In this document: positions 1 through 19,767 of the stretch, one piece after another
How positions within the stretch are numbered: the stretch's first letter is position 1
How the letters are laid out: each line of letters opens with the position of its first letter
DNA from: the human T2T-CHM13v2.0 reference genome, Homo sapiens
DNA: 64,000 nucleotides
Strand: one strand, 5' to 3'
NCBI RefSeq assembly: GCF_009914755.1
Contig: NC_060937.1
Position numbers and translations under genes: made by a program
The notes under the pieces: generated by a model
What the model was told of the DNA's origin: nothing
The model's database searches: none
The model's input: the letters and a program-made list of their open reading frames with translations, nothing else

Positions 1-372
1 ATTTTTAATCCCTCTTTTATATATGAGTAAACTGATGCTCGGGAAAGTTAAGAAACAACCCCAAGGCTATTCAATAAATGGAGGTGCCAGTGTGAGATGC
101 CATCTATAAAGTTTCAAAGTCAGTTGACTTAGGCTATTATATTTGTATTGTATCAAATCAAAAATTGTTGGTGCTTTTTAAGAAATCCCTCTAAAGCTCT
201 AATAGATAGTATATAAGCTTTCAGAAAAAAGTATATTCAATATGCTTGAATATGGTTTTCTGTTTAATACAAGAGGCTTAGTGTTCCAATTTGCTAAAGT
301 CTCACCCACTTGTCATCATCAGGCAGCTAATTCATAATGTCTTGGTAAATCTAAAGAGATAGAAAATCATAA

Positions 373-615
<243 letters not shown>

Positions 616-649
616 TAAGAACCAAGTATTTCCCTATATCCCTGCTTCC

Positions 650-892
650 TGTGATGATTAATTTTTTGTGGCAACTTAGTTGGGCCATGGTACCCAGATA
701 TTTAGTCAAACATTAAACATATTGGATGTTTCTGTGAGAGGGTGTCTGTGGATGATTTAAATTGGTGAACTTTAAGCAAAGCAGACTGCCTTCCATAATG
801 TAGCAGATCCTCATTCAATCAGTTGAAGCTTTACTAGAACAAAGACTAAACTCCCCTGAGCAAAGAGGAATGCTGACAGCAGACACTTTTGG
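650..892 (+). mobile_element. MLT2-family (ERVL) LTR fragment
   Basis: tgtgatgattaatttt...caacttagttgggccatggtacccagatattt...cctcattcaatcagttgaag matches the MLT2 5' end. Confidence 0.75.
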
Positions 893-895
893 TCT

Positions 896-1209
<314 letters not shown>

Positions 1210-1464
1210 TAAAACCTTACCATCAGTTCAGTAGAAGCATAGATGTGTAAGTAAGAGCAGTAACATGATACAGGTGCCCCACCCAAATGACAATGAATCC
1301 AGTACTTTAGAGAAGAAAGGAGGGAGAGGTAAGTTTTTCTTCAACTAGTTCTTGCATTTCTAATTCATTCCACCAAAACAATCATCTGAGTTTTTCAAAA
1401 TAGCTACTTCCTCATATGCTTCCTTACTTAGATGCCATCAGTATATCTTTACTCTCTATTGAAT

Positions 1465-2320
1465 TCATCCATTCATTTATTCATCAAATAGTTATTGAGC
1501 TTCTCCTATGTTCCAGGTGATGGGCATGGTCCTGGGAATCCAGACGTAAATCAAATAATAAAGGTCTAATGGAGACAAAGACATTACACAAATAATCACA
1601 CTGATAATTAAACTTCATTGCTAATATGTGCCATGAAAGAAAAAGACTGAAGATGATGACAGAAAAACACGAAGGATTTTATCTAATCTGGACTAGGGGT
1701 TGGAAGCAGTTTTCCAGGGGAAATGGTATTTTTACTGAGTTTTTGTTTGTTCGTTTGTTTATTTGTTTTGAGATGGAGTCTCTCTCTGTTTCCCAGACTG
1801 GAGTGCAGTGGCCGATCTTGGCTCACTGCAGCCTCTGCCCCCCCAGGTTCAAGCGATTCTCCTGCCTCAGCCTCCTGAGCAACTGGGATTACAGGCCCCT
1901 GCAACTACACCCAGCTAATTTTTGTATTTTTAGTAGAGAAGGGGGTTTCATCATGTTGGCCAGGCTGGTCTCCAACTCCTAACCTCAGATGATCTGCCCA
2001 CCTCGGCCTCCCAAATTATAGGCTTGAGCCACCATGCCCGGCATTTACCGAGTTTTAAAGGAAGAATAAAAGTTTATCAGGTGAATGGATGTGGGATGAG
2101 GGTTAAGGAAGGGGAGTTTCCAGGTAAAGACAACAGTATTGTGAAGGACATGTGGAGGAAAGGGACGAGACTGAAGCTAAGAAAAGAGACAGGAGGCAGA
2201 GCAGCTGTGGTGAGCGGGTAAGGCTGGTAGGAGGATAGTTATTGGCGTAGGGAAGAACCAGATCTTTATGGATCTTGAAAGAACTGGAACTTTGTTCAAA
2301 GAGCAAAAGGAAGTCATCAA
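1465..2320 (-). mobile_element. L2 fragment interrupted by an Alu
   Basis: L2 tail ttcatccattcatttattcatcaaatagttattgagc and a purine-rich continuation after the Alu. Confidence 0.65.
1739..2043 (-). mobile_element. AluS
   Basis: Alu consensus match. Confidence 0.9.
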
Positions 2321-2492
2321 ATACATTCTTTTCAAAGGTCTAAATTCTTAGAATATACTCGTAAAACATCCCTCTTACAAATTGATTGAAAAATGTTATG
2401 GAAGGGCCAAAAATAGATTTGGGGAGATGCATTAGGATGAAGTCCAGGTTCTTTAGTCTGACTTTCAGGCTCCTTAGAATTGAGGCCAAACC

Positions 2493-2640
2493 ATGAGAAT
2501 CGCTTGAACCCAGAAGGCAGAGGTTGCAGTAAGCCGAGATCGTGCCACTGCACTCCAGTCCAGCCTGGGCAACAGATCAAGACTTCGTCTCAAAAAAATT
2601 TAAAAAATAAAATTAAATAAATAAATAAATAATAGTAAAG
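2493..2640 (+). mobile_element. Alu (5'-truncated)
   Basis: Right-arm end plus A tail; TSD agaattgag(g/a)ccaaacc. Confidence 0.88.
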
Positions 2641-2668
2641 AATTGAGACCAAACCTATCTTTACAATC

Positions 2669-2970
<302 letters not shown>

Positions 2971-2992
2971 CTATCTTTACAATCTTAAAACT

Positions 2993-3256
2993 TTTATTTT
3001 ATTTTATTTTATTTTATTTTATTTTATTTTGTGGCGCAATCTTGGCTCACTGCAACCTCTGCCTTCTGGGCTCAACCAATTCTTCCACCATCAGCCTCCA
3101 GAGTAGCTGGGATTACAGGCGCGTGCCACCACGTCCAGCTAATTTTTTTTTTTTTTTTTTTTGTAGGGACGGGGTTTCGAACTCCTGAGCTCAAGCAGTC
3201 AGTCTGCCTTGGCCTCCCAAAGTACTGGGATTACAGGTGTGAGCCACCGTCCACCC
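2993..3256 (-). mobile_element. Alu (old, with deletions)
   Basis: Alu consensus match with (ATTTT)n tail. Confidence 0.85.
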
Positions 3257-3829
3257 CAATCTTCTTTTTCATTTCACTTTTACATGAATGTACACTTCTG
3301 CCAGACTGATCCATTCACTGTCTCCTGAACAGGATTTTGCTCGATCCTGACTTTTGGCCTTCCAGAACACCTCCTCACTACCTATTTTTTAAGACTCGGA
3401 CAAAATTTTATCTGTCCTCAGTATCCAGGTTGACCATCATCCCTTTCTCTGAATATCCAAAATGACTATGTATTTCTACACATTTAAGATGCAACAGATT
3501 GTAAGAAACTTCATTATTTTTGAACTACGGAGAAAATAAAAAGTACTGCTGATAAATTCATGACAAAATCTCAGTGTTAGCCATTTGAGATACATAAATT
3601 GGTCATGCCAGCTTATCATTGACTTGAAATTTCTCTCATCTATTCATCTACTGTGGGCCTCTCCCTTTCTTAGGTCCGATAAAGAGTTTAGTTGTTTTTT
3701 TGCAAGAAAAATTGGATTGCATTCGTTTCTCCAATAACAGATATTTGTTTTCTTACTATTAAATTTAAGCCAAATAACATAATATTAAATATTCTTGACT
3801 TTGGGCATATACATTTTCATTTGAAGGTA

Positions 3830-4161
<332 letters not shown>

Positions 4162-4175
4162 TCGAAGGTATTTTA

Positions 4176-4520
<345 letters not shown>

Positions 4521-4744
4521 TTAACTCACTTGAAGTGGGACAATATGAATAACTGTGATCAGCTTCAAGCACAACAAACAATGAAAAATTATGTCATGAA
4601 TACCGGTTGCCTAGCCAATGGCAATTATAAAACACCATTGATTGCAAGATGCCTTCTAATTTCAGAGATGCACAAATGAAAATACAAATGTTCATCCTAG
4701 AATTGAGTAACTTTGTTATATCTCTAACACTCAATTGATAATAA

Positions 4745-5107
<363 letters not shown>

Positions 5108-5799
5108 AATACCTTTATTATCTACTGAATTATTTTCCATTTGGGAAGTTATTAATGGAAATATGTACTACTTGGGACTATGAATGAATTCTTAAAGTTC
5201 TTCTGTTAGTGCATTCAAAGTAGATAAACATTGGATAAAACTAGTCCATAAGTTAATTAACATGGCTATTTCTTTTAGTAGGAACATTGCAAAAATCTAT
5301 ATATGTAGAGACATACATGTATATACACCCATGCATACATTCTCTGTGGAAAAATAATAATCCATTAAAGAACATAACTATATTATCAATATATCCATTT
5401 AACAGTTCCCTTTAATAAGGTACTTTATTTAAAAGGGAGTATCTCTTTTAATTATCAGATCACTCATGAAGTATATATTACAACTACCATTTTTAGGGAA
5501 GAAACTGAACCACAGAGAAGTTAAGTGATTTGCTCATGAAGACACTTGGCCTACGGTTCTATAGCTAGTGTTCTTCCTATTAAGTCATGTTATAAATTTT
5601 ACACATTTAATATTTTATAGATAGTTGCTATGCTTTGAATATGGTTTTGTCCCCACCAAAATTCATGTTGAGGTTTGGTTTCCAATATAACAGTGTTGAA
5701 AGATAGTGAGAACTTTAAGAGGCTTTGGGGTCATGAAGGATCCACCCTCATGAAGGGATTAATGCCATCTTCAGGGAATGAGTTCAGTTACTGAGATCA

Positions 5800-6193
<394 letters not shown>

Positions 6194-6330
6194 TCACTGC
6201 TGTCTCCTGTGCTCTCACCGTGTGATGCCAACTGCCATGTTATGATGTAGCATGAAGTCCTTGTCAGGTGTGGCCACCCAATTTTGAACTTCCAGGGACA
6301 GTGAGCCAAATAAACCTCTTTGCTTGATGA

Positions 6331-6665
<335 letters not shown>

Positions 6666-7003
6666 TAATAACAGAAAATGGACTGAGATAGTTGTAATAA
6701 TCAACAATAATAGATCCACACACATTTCAGATTTCTATCTTATTAATGGATAATCCAATTTAGAGTTACTTGTCATACAAAAAAATTTCATTGCATTACC
6801 AATGGAATTACCTATGTCTTTTTTTTCAGTAGAAGTGTATTTTAAAGTCAATTACTTAGGTGAGTGGGCAGAAAATAACATGTTAGAACCTATCAACAAT
6901 GAAAGATGAGTGAGGAAAGGAAAAAAAGGGCTTCTGAATATATCTTTAATCAATAATACAACTTTTAAAAATTGATTGTTACTTATAATGGTTTATACTC
7001 ATC

Positions 7004-7511
<508 letters not shown>

Positions 7512-7574
7512 TTAAAACTAGGGTAGACTAATAATTTTACTTAGTGAACCATTCTAAAAGTAGGGTTTTCATTT

Positions 7575-7739
<165 letters not shown>

Positions 7740-7826
7740 TAGGCAACAAAGGAGTTTTGTGAATTTTATGGGACAGTTGACTAAGTTTTGTATTCAAAAC
7801 AAATTTATGTCCAGTAAGAAACATCA

Positions 7827-8449
<623 letters not shown>

Positions 8450-9200
8450 AAACATCAATAAACAACATTTATAACATCAACAAACTCTAAAAATGCACAT
8501 CTCTTTGTATATGTGTGTGTGTGTGTAATTACTAGAAGCCATTATTTAGAAACTTAAATCTCTTATAAATAAACATTGATCTGAAATTTATTAATTCTTT
8601 CAGCTTCATATCACTTTTTTTCTTCTTTTTTTCAAGAACGAATCCCTTTCTCATCCATGCTTGGCTGTCTGGACTCCTACCTACCACTCCATTTTTGGAA
8701 AATCATCCAAGTCCCTTTGTGACATTACCCTAAGAAACTTCCCTGATCCCACTTACTACACCCAAGATAGAGTTAGTCACTTCCCCTTCATATGTATTTT
8801 AAGTCTTTTATCATGTTTCTTATACTCTATAGTAAATACATATGTAGTTGTCCTACAGACAACTTCCAGCAAGGCAGATGATGTCTTATACCTTCAGTAT
8901 TTAAAACTGTGCCTGACAAGGGGAACTGATAGGGGGTGGAATTCAACTGAAGTAAGTTCGAGTTACTATTTCTTTAGTACTTACTTTGTACCAATCACAA
9001 AGGCTAATATTTCACGCACATCTCTTCAGCCTTCACAGTAACCTTTCGAGCAGGAAGTATTATCTCTCAGATGAAGATGTTAGGCTTGGGAAAGTTGAGT
9101 AACTTGCCTTTGGCCACACAGCTAATAAGTAACAGAGAAGGACGTTCGTACAGGGGCTTGTCACCAAGGCTGATGAACTTAAAGCACTATAGGAAAGTAG

Positions 9201-9532
<332 letters not shown>

Positions 9533-9729
9533 CCCTTTTCTCATAGAATTTTAGAGGCTTCGCACTTAGAATGGAAATTCCAAAGTTATGGTCACAGTAA
9601 TCTCCACCTGTCCTTTGACCTCTTTCTCTCACACAGCCGACAGCATTTCTTGCCGTGTGTCGGAAGGATATATGAATATATCACCTTCTCCTCACTACTC
9701 TCTCAGCTTTCTCTGTGGCAGGTTTATTT

Positions 9730-11033
<1,304 letters not shown>

Positions 11034-11670
11034 CTATGATTTATAATCTAATTCCTAGATAATCAGCTTCCAAAGGGTCATGAGCAGTCATTCCTCATTT
11101 GCTTGTTCATAGTCATAGATCTAACGAATGCTTTTTCCCTATCTACCATAATACCTTTTACACTGAAGATACACAATAAATACTAAATTAGTGACAAGTA
11201 ATTACACTCTGGGCCTATAGTTTTGGTTGTTCATGTAAAAGGGCAAAGAAACAGATGACACATTATCAGAGTCACATCATGTGACTTTTCACAGATGGTT
11301 TGAAGTAAACCAGTACTCTGTAAAATAATTCATATTTTCAGTATTTCCAAAGTTTAAGCTTACACTTACAGTTCAAACAAAACTAAATCAATTAGGCTCT
11401 ATCCTAATGGTGTAGGTCAGAGTCCAGGTGACATCAAGACCTAAATGCAAATGTTGATTGTGTGGTTGCCCATGTTCCTGGAGTCAGTTACTCACTACTA
11501 GAGTCATGTGTCAGAGACAAACATCTCTTGGGGCATCCTAGCCATTAGCTTTGCCAACAGAGCAGGTACTAAATTTATCCAAAGGCTTTGTATGTGCTAT
11601 TGCTTGATACATGCTAGGCTGCTTGGTCACTACATTTTATAATGTTCACAGTGGCCATTAGATATGCAAA

Positions 11671-11975
11671 TTTTTTGTTTTGTTTTGTTTTGTTTTTGTG
11701 GCAGAGTCTTGCACTGTCATCTGGGCTGGAGTGCAATGGCATGATCTCGGCTCACTGCAACCTCCCGAGTTTTCCTGTCTCAGCCTCCCGAATAGCCTCT
11801 CGAATAGCTGGGATTACAGGCGCACACCACTACACCCGGCTAATTTTTTGTATTTTTAGTAGAGACGGGGTTTCACTATGTTGGCCAGACTGGTCTCAAC
11901 CTCCTGACCTTGTGATCCGCCGGCCTCAGCCTCCCAAAGTGCTGGGATCACAGGCATAAGTCACCACACCCAGCC
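11671..11975 (-). mobile_element. AluS
   Basis: Alu consensus match; TSD tagatatgcaaa. Confidence 0.9.
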
Positions 11976-12661
11976 TAGATATGCAAACTTAAATGCTGTT
12001 CTGAACTTACAAACATGACTTTCTAATAGGAAACTCAGGAGCGGCCTTCTAGTGTGAGTAGCTACAGATATATTTTGGCTATTTTATGACTACTTTGGAG
12101 GAGGAAATCTGCGTTTGAGGCCAGGATGGGTGCACTATGCCTACTAGGAATCTGGAGAAATGAGAGATGATACAAACATGATATTTATTGGAACCCTGCT
12201 TGACTGTAAACACTATTGGTGCAAGTCAATAAACTAGATTTTATTTGGAGCAAAAACTGTTCCAAAAATGAAAGTTGCATTGGCCTAGGAACTGGAGAGG
12301 GTCACATAGGTTTTGAGAGGCATGTGAGCCTGAGCAGCCAGGTCTCGGGTATTTTTTGACAAGGGCAGAATTGCTCCAAAGCTCAACCACTTCTTTTCAC
12401 AATATCATTTACACTTTTTTTTTTTTTTTGCCCCCCTAACTTGATTATTTCCAATTCATCCTTCTCTAGGTTCAGAAGCAAGCTAAAACTATGGGTTAAT
12501 GGCAAAAGGTAAATTCCAGCAAGAACTGGAAGAACAAGAATAGACAGATCTTTTCAACTTGTTTCTTAGTTCTACATCTTGAAAAAGTATTTTTTTATTT
12601 GTATTTTTTTAAGGGAAGATTTTAGTGAGTCATGAATCTTAAAATTAAGAATAAACATAGC

Positions 12662-12962
12662 GACTGGGCGCAGTGGCTCACGCCTGTAATCCCAGCACTT
12701 CGGGAGGCCGAGGCGGGCAGATCACCTGAGGTCAGGAGTTCGAGACCAGCCTGACCAACATGGAGAAACCCCGTCTCTACTAAAAATACAAAATTAGCCG
12801 TGTGTGGTGGCACATGCCTATAATCCCAGCTACTCAAGAGGCTAAGGCAGGAAAATCACTTGAACCCAGGAGGTAGAGGTTGCGGTGAGCTGAGATCATG
12901 CCCCTACACTCCACCCTGGGCAAGAAGAGCAAAACTCCATCTCCAAAAAAAAAAAAAAAAAA
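12662..12962 (+). mobile_element. AluSp-like
   Basis: Alu consensus match. Confidence 0.9.
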
Positions 12963-14952
12963 GAATGCACATAGCAACATGTAGTTGTTCACATATTCAT
13001 TAAACACCTCTACAATTCATTTTAGGATGTGGATATGGGATGGTGAGCATAGTTTTATTTAATGAGTGATGCTAATTCTGTTGCAACTGTCTTAGCAAAA
13101 ACTCTTGAGGTATTTAAGTATCTGAAACCATTGCAAAGACATGGCGATCAAACCAACTAACGAGAATGCATCAACGTTTCCCTCAATTTCTGCACTCTCA
13201 TAGCATCTTGCTTGTGCTTCTAAGTCCTGTCTTGCATTAGAGTTGCTACCGCTTTCCTTTCGCATTAGATCAACTAGCCCAGTAATTTGTAAGCAGTAGG
13301 CATCCAAAAACTAGGTTGAAATGCCAAATTTATATTTCTGTGCCCAAATTCTCTTCCAAGTGAGTCCTTGTATTAAGTCAAATTATTTATTCATCTCTGT
13401 GTATTAGCAACTGTTTTGAGAAATAAATTCATAAGTGATGCTGAAGCCTTACATGTCTCATCTAGCCAAGCCAGAGGCCAAGGCTTCTTTCTAATCTCCT
13501 TTAACAGTTTATTTAAAAAAAAAAAAGTATGAGTTGCCAAATAAGACTGACTTTTAAAAATTATTTAAGTCAATCAATCAAAATGTAGTATTAAATAAAA
13601 ATGTAAAATATTTGCTAGGCGTGGAAAAAAGTTTAAATGTTACTTTTTTCCTCTTTTGCTATATTTCTATCTCCCTTTTTTCTTCTTTGATTGTAAATTA
13701 AATGAATGTATTAAGTTAAATTTTGACCAGAGGTGCAGTATCATCAGCGGTATTCACATTTTGCCTCTCATTATTCACACAGTTGTCTCTTGTGGTGAAA
13801 AGGGAGTGGCAGTGTGGCGTACAAATAAAATCTACAGTATAGGACATATACAGTCTTACTCTTATCCTCTTGTGAATGGCCAAACCCATGATGAAATACT
13901 CCAGATGTATAGCTTTACTCTGATGATCAGTTTTATGTCAAATCAGATAGGCCTTGTTAAAATTCTAATCTGATCTCCACTCAATGGAGACCCACCCTTA
14001 GTATGTCATAAAGAAGTGAGGCATTAGACCAAATTAAAATAGAAATTAACATGACTTTTGCCTTAACGGATATTGCAAACCAGAGACTGGATACTGATAC
14101 AATAATGACGTGACTAGTTAATAACCTACTATTATATGTTTTCTTTATGAAAACAATGTAAAATATTCTCCACAAGTTGACAGACCTGTTTTTGAGCTGT
14201 ACAAATTCAGCCCATTTTCAAAGTTGAAACTTCTGTGTTTATACCCTGGTCCTTGTGCACATTTAGGAGAGGAAGACAAATGGCCAATTGTGGGTATGAC
14301 TTCAAGTGAAACTCTAAAACCATTAAACCTTTGAAAATTTTGACCTAAATGCTTAAAAGTTAATAAATTACATCAAACCCATCAACTGCCTATCAAATAC
14401 CTTACAGCACTGTGCAAGAGCAAATTCATTTATCTGACATCATCAGTACCTTAACTTACATATCCTGGAGTCAAGTAGTCCTTGAGACAGAAGTATACTG
14501 AAGAAAGAAGTTATGCAAAAAGTTTGGTTGGGATTACTTGCCTGGGTTTTGGCTTTCTTCTTTCACAGACAATCCCCAGAGCAAGCTACAACATGGCAGA
14601 AATTTGGCAGGGCCTTAAAATCTCCTCCTCAAAACACATAAATGAATGTTTTAAGTAACAACAATCAAGTTGTCATTCTTATATGAATCTCAAATATAGA
14701 GCATCCACAGGTTTAAAAAAAATTAAAAAGCAAGAAACCACAAAAATGATTAAAATTCCCCTAAATGCTTAGCAGTTATGTTTGCATTATCATCATACTT
14801 TTACTCTATCACATCAAAATAATGGCCATTGGATTACAAATTTATCATGTTATAATTTTTCATGAACTTTAAATAGAGATTAAGAAATTGAGGTTATTCC
14901 TCCATATTTTTTCCCAAGTGAGATAATTTGCAACATTAAAACAGTTATTTTT

Positions 14953-15527
<575 letters not shown>

Positions 15528-15634
15528 AAGAAATTATTTTTAATGCAGTGAATGAGTGCCAGTTGCTTTTAATCTATTAGACATAAATATTTAATCTTCC
15601 ATATTTTGAAAATTAATTCTATGCTGGTATATAG

Positions 15635-15987
<353 letters not shown>

Positions 15988-16147
15988 TCCAATTTTCTTA
16001 TTTATCTTTAAACAAATTATTTTCATAGGACTTAATATACTTAATTCAAATCCTCTTCAAATTTCAGTTGACTATCACTTTATGCTCAATATTCAAACCA
16101 ATGAGTTATACTTTAGAGATCAGAGCCCATTAAAAAACTGAATTAGA

Positions 16148-16467
<320 letters not shown>

Positions 16468-16472
16468 CTAGG

Positions 16473-16641
16473 TCAGTAGTTGCCACACTGCACATAATCA
16501 CTTGTAGAATGATTAAAAATGCTAATTTCTAGGCCACACCATCAGATTCTGACTCAGTAACTATGGGAAGAGGTTCTTACTTTTTCAATAAACACTCAAT
16601 GACATCTGATGCAATATGTCTAAGAATACTTTGAAAGCCAC
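16473..16641. mobile_element. MER5-like hAT element
   Basis: cagtagtt...aatcacttg...aaaaatgc..atttctaggccacacc..cagattctgactcagta...ctttgaaagccact. Confidence 0.55.
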
Positions 16642-18037
16642 TTATGCGGTGAAAAAAAAATATTTAACTCACAATTTTTATACCAAAAAGAGCTCTGTCA
16701 ATGCACATGGCAGTTTTTGATGAACAAACCTAATCAGTCAAAATTTTTGTGCTTTACACATCTTGAAAACTACATAATGAATAAGAAACCCTACCCTATT
16801 CTCCAGCAACGGAATTCTTCCTTAGACCACCAGGGTGACGTTTTAAGAGTGTTAGAATTGAAACATTCAGTAACTCAAAGTTGAAGCTTAAATCATTTCT
16901 AAGTTAACTATGTTTCTTGGAGGAAGTCAGAGGAAATTGAAGGTCCTTAGAGCAATGTCTTAATGTAGGAGGCTATATAGTTCCTTGAAAGCCAATTTTA
17001 AAAAACATAACAGAAGACAACCTGTGCTAAGAAGGAGCCTCAGAACAGGAAACAAGAGATTAAACAATAATGACAGATAAATTATTTTCTAGACTTCCAG
17101 TGACTCTTGGCAGCAAAAGTACAAACTTTTGGAAAAAAAAAAAACAAACATCAGCCACAAAGTGACTAATCAAGTGACTTAAAACCTAGTATTTGTCAAG
17201 ATGGGCTTGCAGCAGCTTGCTGTACCTTTGCTTCTAAAAGACAGCTCCAAGCACACTGACTCTCATGCTGCATCTTTTTCCCAGAGCAACAATTTTCTGA
17301 ATAATCTGATTGAATAAGTCAGGGCCTTAAATTGGCCTTCTTTGTCTTGAGTAAGACCAATATCAGATCAAATTTTATGATACCAAATACCAGAATCAAA
17401 GCAAGTTCTTTTTTTCATGTCTTTTCTAACATAAGGAATTAGGTAAAATGGTGATGTTTCAGAGTCAAAAATTAAACAGACTGGAAAAAACACTGCCACG
17501 ATCAGCTAAGTCAAGAAAATATTTTTGGCCTTAATTTTAAGAACTGATCTGTGAATACTGCATGTCTGAGACACAGGTGACATTCAATAAATGTTTATTG
17601 AGCTAAACTCATTTCACTAGTTTTGAATTATCCTCATGGAATTAATCCTTGATACTGTATATAAAGAAAAAGCTTAACTGTTAATTTTTAAGGAAAGTCT
17701 CCTGAATCAAAGATTTAAAAAAAAAAACCAAAAAAAAACCTCTGCAGAACAAACACAAGTCAGATAATCTGCAAAAAAAAAAAAAGGGGGTGGGGGAACA
17801 AGAACAATGATATAGCTAAAATCAGCTCCCATATAAGTACAGATAGTAAGTTAAATGTTCTCTTGATTGCTAGAATTGTCTCTGAAAAATCATCAAATCC
17901 AGCTTACTTTAAAGCGGCAATCATAAAATAATTCTATAGACAAGTGATTAACTATTTCATTAAAATGTTACCCTTAACATAAAATGTAGTTTCTTACACT
18001 TGAAAGAAACAAGATAAAAGAAGACAAAACAGCTCAG

Positions 18038-18043
18038 TTTAAT
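18038..18043 (-). terminator. SPRY2 polyadenylation signal (ATTAAA)
   Basis: Minus-strand ATTAAA followed by a U/GU-rich tract (gttttgtcttcttttatcttgtttc). Confidence 0.7.
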
Positions 18044-18354
18044 TTCAAACGTTAATATATTTTCTATTTTATATTGGACATATGCATCTGTAACCCCTCA
18101 TTTGCAGCAACTATCACATCCTCATAAAAGGGGCAAAATTTGTAAGATGCCTCTTAAAATAAATATTCTTTTTTATAAAATAATAAAACTTCAAATAAAT
18201 ATTCTTTACACTAAACAATATGTTGAAAAAATTAGAAAATAAAGGTTGAATTTTACTGTAACTGTACAATATACATGAAGTCCAAAGGGAAATCAGAGTC
18301 TTACAATAAAGGCTTTCTGTAAGGCAAAATACAATCTAAAAACATACTGATTGA

Positions 18355-18362
18355 TTCACATT
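18355..18362 (-). promoter_or_regulatory. miR-23 8-mer seed site in SPRY2 3'UTR
   Basis: mRNA AATGTGAA (plus strand ttcacatt). Confidence 0.8.
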
Positions 18363-18430
18363 CTTCCGAATGTACAACATATTAGTATAATATTTTGTGT
18401 CTGTGCCATGTAGTATGGCACAACTTGTTT

Positions 18431-18438
18431 TTCACAGT
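18431..18438 (-). promoter_or_regulatory. miR-27 8-mer seed site in SPRY2 3'UTR
   Basis: mRNA ACTGTGAA (plus strand ttcacagt). Confidence 0.8.
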
Positions 18439-18450
18439 TGCAAATATTAT

Positions 18451-18460
18451 TGTATATACA
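18451..18460 (-). promoter_or_regulatory. Pumilio response element in SPRY2 3'UTR
   Basis: TGTATATACA (palindromic) contains the UGUANAUA consensus. Confidence 0.55.
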
Positions 18461-18576
18461 AAAATATAGCACATTCTCTCTGGAGAAAACAATGGAAAAA
18501 AGTCATCTGCTAATTTACAAGTTTTGCAAGTACTATTCACAAACAAAAACTTTGCCTAGGAGTGTCTGTGTTGCTT

Positions 18577-18584
18577 TAGCTTAT
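18577..18584 (-). promoter_or_regulatory. miR-21 8-mer seed site in SPRY2 3'UTR
   Basis: mRNA ATAAGCTA (plus strand tagcttat); SPRY2 is an established miR-21 target. Confidence 0.85.
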
Positions 18585-18819
18585 GCAATACATGGGTCAC
18601 CAAGTTCTGTATCTCATACTTTGAGCTCCATTAGCTGAGTTCTAACAAGCATATCAGTTAAAACGGCACATGGACAAAAAGCATTTCACCGCAAACAGCA
18701 AAGACTATCCCAACTTTCTATTAACAGTGCCAAGATTATAACTGTTTAGTTGGTTGCATATGTGTATTAAAAAAAGACAGAAAAAATCCTCATTACTGTA
18801 ATATTCCTGATTAATGATG

Positions 18820-19767
18820 CTATGTTGGTTTTTCAAAGTTCCTAGGGGGGACAGTGGGAACTTTGCAGCAAACTGTGTTTGAGTTTTTACAGCGGCAACC
18901 AGGCCTGTTAACCCGGTCATAACACCCCTGGCACAATTTAAGGCAACCCTTGGCTGGAAGGTAACACCATAAACAAGGCAAAAAGAGGGACATGACACCC
19001 ATGGCTGACCATCGTGTACAACAGTGAGACTGGCTGCAAGAACATGGGTTGTCAGCACAGTTGTCCTCATCATCATTAGAACAGTGATAGAAGAGACCTT
19101 TCACACAGCATACACAAGTCCCATAGTCAATCACGTTCTGGGCCGAGCAAAGGCACTGCTTGTCGCAGATCCAGTCTGATGGCAGAGGCCTTGGGTAGGT
19201 GCACTCCTTACATTTGCACTTGCCACAGTCCTCACACCTGTAGGCGTGCAGGCCCAAATCTTCCTTGCTCAGTGGCTTAAGCTCACCTGGCTTGAGCTCA
19301 GATTTGGGTTGCACCCGGATTATGCCATCAGCAACAGGCCCGGAGGAGAAGGATGATCCTAGCAGTCTCTGTTCAGAGGAGCTGCTGCTGGTACTTGTCC
19401 TCGTACTGCTCCGCGACCCTGAGCTGACCGTGCTTATGGATCTGGACAGAGAGGCTCGTGCAGAAGAATGGACCTGCGAGTGCTGGAGCCTAGGAGGCTG
19501 GCGGTGCTCAGGCAGACCGTGGAGTCTCTCGTGTTTGTGCTGAGTGGAGGGGCGAGGAGCAGGCTTGAGCCCAGGTCTTGGGACGACAGTAGGCCCCTCT
19601 GTGTACTCATTGGTGTTTCGGATGGCTCTGATCTGATCCAGAGACAAGACATGTACCTGCTGGGTGAGGGCGTCTCTGGGGTCGGGCTCCCCACGCTGTC
19701 TGCCACCGTCACGGGGCGTCTGCAGCAAGGGCTGCGACCCGTTGCCACTCTGAGCTCTGGCCTCCAT
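18820..19767 (-). CDS. SPRY2: Sprouty homolog 2 (315 aa), intronless CDS
   Basis: [18 protein letters not shown]...PPRNFEKPT. Contains the NEYTEGP c-Cbl TKB motif (Y55, codon 19603-19605), a Ser-rich region, the Cys-rich Sprouty domain and the C-terminal PTVPPR Grb2-SH3 motif. Confidence 0.99.
   Translation of the reverse strand: MEARAQSGNGSQPLLQTPRDGGRQRGEPDPRDALTQQVHVLSLDQIRAIRNTNEYTEGPTVVPRPGLKPAPRPSTQHKHERLHGLPEHRQPPRLQHSQVHSSARASLSRSISTVSSGSRSSTRTSTSSSSSEQRLLGSSFSSGPVADGIIRVQPKSELKPGELKPLSKEDLGLHAYRCEDCGKCKCKECTYPRPLPSDWICDKQCLCSAQNVIDYGTCVCCVKGLFYHCSNDDEDNCADNPCSCSQSHCCTRWSAMGVMSLFLPCLWCYLPAKGCLKLCQGCYDRVNRPGCRCKNSNTVCCKVPTVPPRNFEKPT

Noticed and set aside
17581-17603. Back-to-back AATAAA on both strands (cattcaataaatgtttattgagc)
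   Set aside because: Typical L2 3'-end remnant. It could be a minor distal poly(A) site, but there is no evidence from sequence alone.
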